Positions 56,694-64,000 of a stretch of DNA of 64,000 nucleotides are shown in pieces. The number at the start of each line of letters is the position of its first letter. Position 1 is the stretch's first letter. Position numbers and translations under genes: made by a program. Below the pieces are notes generated by a model, which worked only from the letters and a program-made list of their open reading frames with translations, was not told the DNA's origin and made no database searches. Origin of the DNA: Thermodesulfobacteriota bacterium (GTDB taxonomy: Bacteria; Desulfobacterota; Binatia; Bin18). The stretch covers positions 4,000,001-4,064,000 of the forward strand of contig OZ219926.1 in NCBI GenBank assembly GCA_964291405.2. The letters run 5' to 3'.

Positions 56694-58274
56694 ATGCGCG
56701 AAGATTCGGATGGGCGGGGAGGTGCCTGGACGCTGCGCGGGCTGCGCGCCGTGTTTGTTCGGGGCGATATTGACGGCTTCTTTGGGCTGTTTATCGACAA
56801 TCTCTTGCAACTCATGCTGATCGCCGTGCTGTGTCCGTTGGTGTGTGGCCTTCCTCAAGAGCTGGTGATTGGCCGCATCCTGCCTGGGGCGGCACTGTCC
56901 ATTCTGTTCGGTAATATCTTTTACGCCTGGCAAGCCCGGCGGTTGATGCTGCAAACCGGGCGTAACGATGTGACGGCTCTCCCCTACGGCATCAACACGC
57001 CGAGCTGTTTTGCCTACATCTTCCTCATCATGGGGCCGGTTTATCAGGAAACGCAAGACCCAACCCTCGCCTGGCAGGTCGGATTGTTGGCCTGTCTGCT
57101 CAGTGGGGTGATGGAAACGGCCGGTGCTTTTGTGGGGGACTGGCTACGTCGGCATACACCGCGGGCGGCCCTACTGACGGCTTTGGCCGGTGTTGCAATT
57201 ACGTTTATTGCCGTCGGTTTTGTCTTCCAGATTTTTGCCTACCCACTGATTGCGGTTGTACCTATGATGATGATCCTGACCGCCTATGCGTCACGTCGGA
57301 CCTTCCCTGGCGGTTTGCCTGGCGGCTTGGTTGCCGTGCTGACGGGTGTCGTCCTGGCGTGGGGGCTGCGCCTGCTGGGGATATCCGTCTTTGAACCGCC
57401 GGCAGAACAGTACGCGCTGGCGCTGCATGTGCCGACACCGGTCCCGTCCGACCTCTTTGCTCTGCTGACCAGTGAGCGGGGCTGGCAGTATCTGGCCATT
57501 ATTTTTCCTATGGGGCTGTTTAATGTGATTGGCTCGTTGCAGAATCTGGAAAGTGCGGAGGCCGCCGGTGATCGCTATGAAACCAAACCCTCCCTGGTCG
57601 CCAATGGCGTCGGGACGCTCCTAGCTGCCTTCTTTGGGAGCCCGTTTCCCACGACTATTTATATTGGGCACCCGGCCTGGAAGGCGATGGGCGCGCGGGT
57701 TGGCTACTCGGCGATCAATGGGGTTGTCATCTGGCTGCTGTGTCTGGTCGGCGGCATGACGGTGATTCTTCACATTGTCCCGATCGAAGCGACGCTGGGT
57801 ATTCTGCTCTGGATCGGTATCATTATGACGGCCCAGGCATTTCAGGCCGTCCCTCAATCGCACGCGCTCGCGGTTGCCTTCGGGCTGATTCCCGCGCTGG
57901 CCACCTGGGCTTTGCAGTTGATCGAAACCAGTCTCCGCAAAGCCGGCGCTTCGCTCTTCGACATCGCGCCAAAGTTTGGAGGCGATCTATACATCCACGG
58001 GGTGATTGCCCTCAGCCAGGGCTTTCTGCTGAGCGCCATGATCCTGGCGGCCATTCTGGTCTTTATTATCGAACGCCAATTTCTCAGCGCGGCGGCTTGG
58101 CTGCTGGTCGCCGCGGCCCTGTCTTTTGTCGGGGTGATCCACGCCTATGAACTGACTCCCGTGGGAGTTCAGAATGCGTTTGGTTTTGCTGCCGCGCCGG
58201 AATTTGCATTCGCATACGGGCTGAGTGCCGGTCTGCTGGTCATATTCCATCTGATGCAGGACCAAAAAGAGTAA
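56694..58274 (+). CDS. NCS2/AzgA-like permease
   Basis: GDIDGFFGLF.DN, TALPYGINT, SA.AAGD.Y and TTIYIGHP.WK.MG.R.GYS. Confidence 0.88.
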   Translation: MREDSDGRGGAWTLRGLRAVFVRGDIDGFFGLFIDNLLQLMLIAVLCPLVCGLPQELVIGRILPGAALSILFGNIFYAWQARRLMLQTGRNDVTALPYGINTPSCFAYIFLIMGPVYQETQDPTLAWQVGLLACLLSGVMETAGAFVGDWLRRHTPRAALLTALAGVAITFIAVGFVFQIFAYPLIAVVPMMMILTAYASRRTFPGGLPGGLVAVLTGVVLAWGLRLLGISVFEPPAEQYALALHVPTPVPSDLFALLTSERGWQYLAIIFPMGLFNVIGSLQNLESAEAAGDRYETKPSLVANGVGTLLAAFFGSPFPTTIYIGHPAWKAMGARVGYSAINGVVIWLLCLVGGMTVILHIVPIEATLGILLWIGIIMTAQAFQAVPQSHALAVAFGLIPALATWALQLIETSLRKAGASLFDIAPKFGGDLYIHGVIALSQGFLLSAMILAAILVFIIERQFLSAAAWLLVAAALSFVGVIHAYELTPVGVQNAFGFAAAPEFAFAYGLSAGLLVIFHLMQDQKE

Positions 58275-58341
58275 ACGTATCCTCCCATAAACATGCAGAT
58301 GCTGGACACGTTTACTCTTTCAGACACCTGAGGCGTTCTTC

Positions 58342-60054
58342 TTAACTATACGCCTCGGTAAATGCCTGTCGTTGCTGCGTACTGCCCAGCATGATGAGTT
58401 CGCTTTCTTTCTGGAGCTTTGTTGAGGCTGACGGATTGGTGATGAGGCTCCCGTTGTGTTGGATACCAATCACGTTCAGCCCCGTTCGCGCCCCAATTCC
58501 GCTGTCGGATAAGGTCAAGCCTGCCAACATCCGTGGCAGTGAGACTGCAAATAGCTCGACTCCCTCGCCCAAGAGCCCTAACTCGCGGCCTTGCAGCAGG
58601 GAGAGGGCCTGCTCAATACCAAGTGAAGAGTAGCTCAAGGCGAAGTCCGCGCCGGCGCGATGGATGGCTTCGAGATTCCTTTCGTGGGTAATGCGGCTGA
58701 CGATGCGTAATTCAGGATTGAGGCGGCGACAGTAGACTGCGAGGTAGATGTTCATGGCGTCGTCGTTTGTGGTCAGCAGGACGGCCGGGGCATCCTGCAA
58801 GCCGGCGCGCATCAGGACTTCTCGGTCGGCGGCATCACCGATAAAGAGTTGATCCGGGATGTGTTCGATCCGTTCCCGAAAGGATTCGTCATTCTCAACC
58901 AGATGAACCGGGATATCCTTGCGCTTCAGGGCCTCGGCGGCGGCACAGCCGACCTTGCCTCCCCCAATGACCAGGATTGGACTGTAATTGGTATCGTAAA
59001 TGACAAGCAGGGTGTCGAGTTCCAGCATTTGTTCTTCCGAGCCGACAGCGACCATCACACTGGTGTTGGAGAGGTAGGTGTCGGGAGTCGCCGGCAATAA
59101 ACGACCCCGTTCCCAAATCCCAACAATATTGAGCCCGATGACCTCACGCAGCCGTGTTTCACGGATCGTCCGGCCAGCCAAGGGGGTATTGTGGACAGGA
59201 AACTCTGCCACCTGGAGGTCGCGAAAACTGCCGATCACATGGGCCTGGGCGTGCCCGATGTTAATGCGGTTGGTGAGACGTTCTCCCAGGCGCTGCTTGA
59301 GGGGAACCACGTGTGTACAACCGCTCAGCTCGAGGATATCAACAGAGTCTTTTTCCTCGACCGTTGCCATGATGGGGATATCCGGGGCAACCTCCCGAAC
59401 GTTCAGGGCAATATTCGTGTTGACGGTGTCCGCGCTGTTCGCAACGATCAACCGTGCTTGGGGAGCTCGGACTTTCTCGTAGGTCTCACGGCTATCGATC
59501 TCACCAGCAATGGCCGAAATACCGTCCTCATACATGCGGGCGGCGGTCGCTGGATCGGGCTCAAGAACATAATAGGGGATGTCTTGGAGGCGGAGTTGTT
59601 CGATGAGGCCGGGAGCAATGGTGTCGTAGGTACAGATGATGACGTGTCCCTGGGTATCGGGCGGTACTTCGCGCGGGGCCTGGAACCGTATCTGCGCTTC
59701 CAGCCAGGGAGCGTAAAAGAAGCGGATAAAGGTAAAGGGCAGGACGATGAGCAGCAGGACAATCCCGGAGAGCAGCACCACAATGCTGAAAAACCGCCCA
59801 ATATCGCTATGAAAAGTAATGTCGCCAAATCCGAGCGTACTCATCACCGTCAGGGTCCAATAGACCCCAGTCAGCCACGAATGATCCTGCCCTTCCGCGT
59901 GCAGCATGATCACGTGGAAGAGGATAGAGAAGAGCAGAATAATCCCGACCAAAAAGGCGGCGAATTTGAGGAGCGCGCTAATATTCCGGCGCGTTGCCGG
60001 CTCATTCAGAAAATAGGCGAGTTGCGTGCCGAGCAGCTTCATGAGAGATTTCAA
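58342..60054 (-). CDS. Potassium channel with tandem RCK (TrkA-N/C) domains
   Basis: Pore TLGFGD and two TrkA-N/TrkA-C pairs (IGGGKVG). Confidence 0.9.
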   Translation of the reverse strand: MKSLMKLLGTQLAYFLNEPATRRNISALLKFAAFLVGIILLFSILFHVIMLHAEGQDHSWLTGVYWTLTVMSTLGFGDITFHSDIGRFFSIVVLLSGIVLLLIVLPFTFIRFFYAPWLEAQIRFQAPREVPPDTQGHVIICTYDTIAPGLIEQLRLQDIPYYVLEPDPATAARMYEDGISAIAGEIDSRETYEKVRAPQARLIVANSADTVNTNIALNVREVAPDIPIMATVEEKDSVDILELSGCTHVVPLKQRLGERLTNRINIGHAQAHVIGSFRDLQVAEFPVHNTPLAGRTIRETRLREVIGLNIVGIWERGRLLPATPDTYLSNTSVMVAVGSEEQMLELDTLLVIYDTNYSPILVIGGGKVGCAAAEALKRKDIPVHLVENDESFRERIEHIPDQLFIGDAADREVLMRAGLQDAPAVLLTTNDDAMNIYLAVYCRRLNPELRIVSRITHERNLEAIHRAGADFALSYSSLGIEQALSLLQGRELGLLGEGVELFAVSLPRMLAGLTLSDSGIGARTGLNVIGIQHNGSLITNPSASTKLQKESELIMLGSTQQRQAFTEAYS

Positions 60055-60148
60055 CCAAGCAAAAGACCGGGGGGGCAGTCAAGGGCTGGTCGTGAGACAG
60101 GAACGCGCCTGTGGGTCGCCGGTTTGTGTAGGAGACGCGACTGGTGAA

Positions 60149-60742
60149 TTACTGCGCCGGCACCAGTTGGATGTCGATTGTGATCTCGACCTCCTCGCCG
60201 ATCGCCACCCCGCCCGACTCCAGGACCGAGTTGCGGCTGAGCCCATAGTCGGTACGATTGATCGTTGTAGTGGCAGCCCCACCCAGGCGAGGCTTGCCCC
60301 GGAGGTCGGTGACGGCCTGGGGCGAGCCGGTCACCTCGAGCACGACCTCTCTGGTGACGCCCATGAGGGTCAGCTCTCCGGTGACCTTATAGCTGTAGTC
60401 CTGTATTTTTTCGACCGCCTTTGATTTGAAGGTGATGGTCGGATGTTTGGTCGCATCAAAGAAATCCGGCCCGCGTAAATGGTCGTCCCGCTTCTGGTTG
60501 CGGGTATTAATGGAGGCCACCTCGATGGAGGCGTCCACCGAGGAACGACTGATATCGTCCTCGTCTATGATTGCGGTCACGTCGAACTTGTCGAACGTGC
60601 CGCGCACGGTGGCGACCATCAAATGCCTCACGGCAAATTGTACACTGGCATGCGCCGAGTCACTCTTCCAGGTTGCCGCCTGGCTCAGACTTGGAACCAG
60701 AAGTACGATGCTGACCAGTGCTGCCACAATTGTCCGTCGCAT
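60149..60742 (-). CDS. yceI: YceI family protein
   Basis: D.AH..V.F.VRH, RD.HL..PDFFD and GELTL.GVT. Confidence 0.93.
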   Translation of the reverse strand: MRRTIVAALVSIVLLVPSLSQAATWKSDSAHASVQFAVRHLMVATVRGTFDKFDVTAIIDEDDISRSSVDASIEVASINTRNQKRDDHLRGPDFFDATKHPTITFKSKAVEKIQDYSYKVTGELTLMGVTREVVLEVTGSPQAVTDLRGKPRLGGAATTTINRTDYGLSRNSVLESGGVAIGEEVEITIDIQLVPAQ

Positions 60743-60900
60743 AGACTGCTCCTTCTCTCTGGCGCGGAGAGCGCTGCCTCTGTGTGCTTTGGTACGGTCG
60801 GACCACAGCCCTCCTGCGTCGCCTAGGCAAATTCCCTACCAAGCCCGATTAGGGGAAGCAATCCCATATCTTTGCCACTACCAGAGAGGGACGGATCGTA

Positions 60901-62481
60901 TCAGCTTGGCGACCCGGTCGTATCCCATCCTCCGCCGAGCGCCGTGTACAAGGCGACGACGTGAGAGGCGAGCGCGGTTTGGCTTTGGGCAAAGGCATCC
61001 TGGGCCGTATGGAGCGCACGGCGGGCCAGGGCGACGCTCAGATAGTTTTCCAGTCCACTCAGATAGCGATCAGTGGCAATCTCGACTGCATCGGTGTGCG
61101 CGGCGACCGATGCGGTCAGCCATTGCTGGCGGGCCTGCTCTTTGCTGTACGCTACGAGGGCATTCTCAACCTCTTCGAGCCCGGTAAGAATCATTTGCTC
61201 ATAATGGGCGAGGGCCTGTGCTTGGCGAGCGTCCTGCACCTTGATGGCGGCCCGGATGCGGCCCGCATCGAAAACCGGCCAGCTCAGCGCAGGGCCGGTG
61301 GCCCAGGACAGGCCCGCACCTTTGGCTAGGTCTGTCACATCCAAGCCCTGCGTCCCCAGTCGCCCGGTCAATGTCAGCCGCGGGAAGAGGTCGGTGGTGG
61401 CCACCCCAACTCGCGCGGTGGCCGCCTCCAGTTCACGTTCGGCCTGCCGAATATCGGGACGCCGGCGTAAGAGCTCGGACGGCAGTCCGATATCACTGGC
61501 CAGGTCGGCATGCGGGATCGGATGGTCCTGGGAGAGGGAGGACCTAAAAGCCGTGGGCGGCTCGCCCACCAGGACGCTTAGACGGTGGAGGGTCCGTTTG
61601 ACTGTGGTTTGAAGGGGAGGAACCTGAGCGCGGATATTCGCCAGTAGGGCCTCGGCTTCGGCCGCGTCTAACGCGCTTGTCAGGCCGGCTTGATAGCGAG
61701 ACTGCGTGACCTCAACCGAATCTTGCTGAGCCTGAATATGCCGCTCGGCAATACGGAGCCGCTGTTGCGCGCCACGGAGTGCAATATAGTTGCGTGCGAT
61801 CTCGGCCAGCAGCGCCACCAGCACCGTGCGACGATGTTCTTCGGCCGCGCTGATATCGGCGCTCAACGCCTGCTCGGCCCAATGCAGGCGACCAAACAGG
61901 TCAATCTCCCAGCTTGCGTCCAGGCCCATCTGGTAGAAATTCCGTTCTTGTCCAAAGCCCAATGACGTCCCAACCGGACTCTCGCTATTGTCCGTGCGGG
62001 TGGACTCGTCATCAAGAAAATTGGACGACAGCGAGGTAGTCGTACGGCTGCTCAGACTGCGCGTATACGACGTAGCCGAACCGAGGCGCGGCCAGCGGGG
62101 AGCCAGGGCGACCAGCCGTGAAGCGCGCGCCTCCTGAATCCGTGCGGTAGCTTCCTGGATATCTCGATTCTGGCTGATCCCCCGTTCGATCAGGACCTGG
62201 AGCCCGGGGTCTTGAAAGGTTTTCCACCAGCGCGCGAGCTCTACCGGTTGCGTGCTGGCAGCTGGTTCAGGCTGCTCACTCCACGTCTCTGGAAGCGTGA
62301 CCGAGGCAACCGGCCGCTTTGGGGTCACCGTGCAACCGACGACTAGGCAGAAGAGGAGGGGGAGGACCCATACGAAGGAGGGCTGCACGAGATTCTCCGG
62401 TCTTCGCGAACTCCAATCAGAGCCAAGGAACGGAAGCCGCGAAACGGCAGACATCCGGCGTCGTGTTAGCGTCCTCTGCAT
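60901..62481 (-). CDS. RND efflux outer membrane factor (NodT family)
   Basis: Lipobox VVGC, WW..F.DP.L, PSELLRRRPDI and ALYTALGGGW. Start is uncertain. Confidence 0.92.
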   Translation of the reverse strand: MQRTLTRRRMSAVSRLPFLGSDWSSRRPENLVQPSFVWVLPLLFCLVVGCTVTPKRPVASVTLPETWSEQPEPAASTQPVELARWWKTFQDPGLQVLIERGISQNRDIQEATARIQEARASRLVALAPRWPRLGSATSYTRSLSSRTTTSLSSNFLDDESTRTDNSESPVGTSLGFGQERNFYQMGLDASWEIDLFGRLHWAEQALSADISAAEEHRRTVLVALLAEIARNYIALRGAQQRLRIAERHIQAQQDSVEVTQSRYQAGLTSALDAAEAEALLANIRAQVPPLQTTVKRTLHRLSVLVGEPPTAFRSSLSQDHPIPHADLASDIGLPSELLRRRPDIRQAERELEAATARVGVATTDLFPRLTLTGRLGTQGLDVTDLAKGAGLSWATGPALSWPVFDAGRIRAAIKVQDARQAQALAHYEQMILTGLEEVENALVAYSKEQARQQWLTASVAAHTDAVEIATDRYLSGLENYLSVALARRALHTAQDAFAQSQTALASHVVALYTALGGGWDTTGSPS

Positions 62482-62509
62482 GCCGTCTTCCTTATCACGT
62501 GCTCGGGTT

Positions 62510-64000
62510 CTATAAAGCGGCACTCTTGCTTGCCTTGTGGGCAGCGGTCTCTTGGTCCTGCTCGTCTTCCATCAATTTCACTCTTGGGGGAATCATATTA
62601 ATCCCCAGCCGCTCGCCTACATAGGTCACAAACAGATAGACCACGGGAATGACGAGCAGGGTGAAGGCGGTGGAAAAGGCCAGCCCGCCAACCACCGCGG
62701 CACCAATCGGGCGACGACTTTCCGCCCCTGCCCCGATGGCCAGGGCGAGTGGCAAGGCTCCAAAGATAGAGGTGGCGCTAGTCATCAAAATAGGGCGCAG
62801 GCGACTACGCCCGGCGGCCAGCACTGCGGCCAGCAGCTCGGTGCCACGGGCCCGCGACTGATTGGCAGAGTCCACCAGTAAGATCGAGTTTTTTGTCACC
62901 AGACCGATGAGCAAGATAATGCCAATCTGACTGTAGAGGTTCAGCGTATGGCCGGTCATAAAGAGCACGAATAAGGCCCCGAAGAGTGCCAGGGGTACGC
63001 TGCCGAGTATGGTCAGGGCATGAAAGAAGTTCTCAAACTGGGCCGATAAGACGAGATAGATGAAGACCAGCGCAATAAGAAAAACAATATAGATCTCGGC
63101 AGAGGACTCTACAAACTCGCGCGCGCTACCTCCCAGGGCGGTCGTAAAGCCGGCGGGCAGGACCTCACCCGCAATGCGCTGCACACCGGCCAGCATTTCG
63201 CCCAGGGTTGCCCCGGGAGCTAAGCTGCCCGTGATTGTGGCCGAGCGTTGGAGGTCATAGCGGTTGAGTCGGGCCGGAGCAATACTGGGCGCGGCGTGCA
63301 CCAGGCCGGACAACGGCACCATCGTCCCGGTCTGGCTGCGGACATAAATCTCTCCGATCTGGTCGGGCAGGCTCCGAAAGTGCGACGCCAGCGCGGTCAC
63401 CACATCGTACTGCTTGCCGCGCATAATGAATTCATCAATCTTGGCCTGCGACAGGAGGAGCTGTAAACTCTGGGCCACGGTGGAAACGGGCACCCCGAGG
63501 TCAGCGGCCCGGTCGCGGTCAAAGATGATGTCCAGTTGGGGGTTGTCGAGCCGTAGGTCGCTGTCCACATTAATCAGGCTGGGGAGCTGGCGCACCCGCT
63601 CCAGCATGGTGCTGACCGTCTGGGTAAATTCCTCCTGGGTCGCGGCGGCGTTCTTAAGGATGAATTCCAAATCATTAATGCTGCGCTGGTTGAGAGACGG
63701 GGGGTTGATCGGAAAGACTAGGGCTCCGGTCAGGGCGAAGAATTCAGGAAAGAGCTGGGCGACAATGGCCTGCTGTGCGACGCTGCGCTTTTCCCAATCG
63801 GTCAGGCGGGCGAAGACGATGCCGTCACTGGTATTGGGCGGCCCGCCAATAGACAGCCCGATGGCCTCGAAAAATGCCTCGACCTCCGGAATCTGTTGGA
63901 TGCGTTTTTCCACCCGATCCAGAGTCTGGGCGGTATAGGCCAGGGTCGAGCCCTGGGGCGCTTTAATTATTGTGATAATCCGCCCCCGGTCTTCGATTGG
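62510..64000 (-). CDS. RND efflux permease, C-terminal part (5' end beyond window)
   Basis: LSAQFE, GLVTKNSIL and RLRPILMTS. Confidence 0.93.
   Translation of the reverse strand, partial: PIEDRGRIITIIKAPQGSTLAYTAQTLDRVEKRIQQIPEVEAFFEAIGLSIGGPPNTSDGIVFARLTDWEKRSVAQQAIVAQLFPEFFALTGALVFPINPPSLNQRSINDLEFILKNAAATQEEFTQTVSTMLERVRQLPSLINVDSDLRLDNPQLDIIFDRDRAADLGVPVSTVAQSLQLLLSQAKIDEFIMRGKQYDVVTALASHFRSLPDQIGEIYVRSQTGTMVPLSGLVHAAPSIAPARLNRYDLQRSATITGSLAPGATLGEMLAGVQRIAGEVLPAGFTTALGGSAREFVESSAEIYIVFLIALVFIYLVLSAQFENFFHALTILGSVPLALFGALFVLFMTGHTLNLYSQIGIILLIGLVTKNSILLVDSANQSRARGTELLAAVLAAGRSRLRPILMTSATSIFGALPLALAIGAGAESRRPIGAAVVGGLAFSTAFTLLVIPVVYLFVTYVGERLGINMIPPRVKLMEDEQDQETAAHKASKSAAL

Overview
A GC-rich bacterial chromosomal segment with about 60 CDSs. 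No rRNA, tRNA or CRISPR array was seen. The gene repertoire (four luciferase-like monooxygenases, Sel1 repeats, DUF29/Uma2/HicB, many REP-like palindromes) resembles uncultured Binatia/Tectomicrobia-like or sponge-associated deltaproteobacteria; this taxonomy is inference only. Layout: (1) 1-14.1 kb, mixed genes including a probable selenocysteine glutaredoxin whose N-terminus the ORF track missed (in-frame UGA plus SECIS-like hairpin), an M28 peptidase, a stand-alone family A DNA polymerase lacking the 5'-3' nuclease, and a convergent CHAD/ParA pair. (2) About 14.2-21.8 kb, an accessory/defence island starting at a truncated hicA. It carries a DUF5131 (Gp37/Gp68)-TcmP-AbiGi-like three-gene module and a frameshifted type IIG/ISP-like restriction-modification gene, with palindromes at nearly every gene junction. 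(3) 21.8-38 kb, nudC, a pimCD-like acyl-CoA dehydrogenase pair and a divergent aromatic catabolism cluster: MetE-like enzyme, hydroquinone 1,2-dioxygenase, LLM and FAD monooxygenase on one arm; extradiol dioxygenase, amidohydrolase, hydrolase and LLM on the other. (4) 38-64 kb, two RND efflux systems, a decayed IS630, an AttEFH-like ABC/lipocalin locus with SRPBCC/TIGR01777 genes, lspA, a Sel1 protein, an NCS2 permease, a K+ channel and YceI. Best novelty candidates: the DUF5131-TcmP-AbiGi-like module, the UxxY selenoglutaredoxin and the MetE-like/hydroquinone dioxygenase operon. All family calls come from motif recognition by eye, without database searches.
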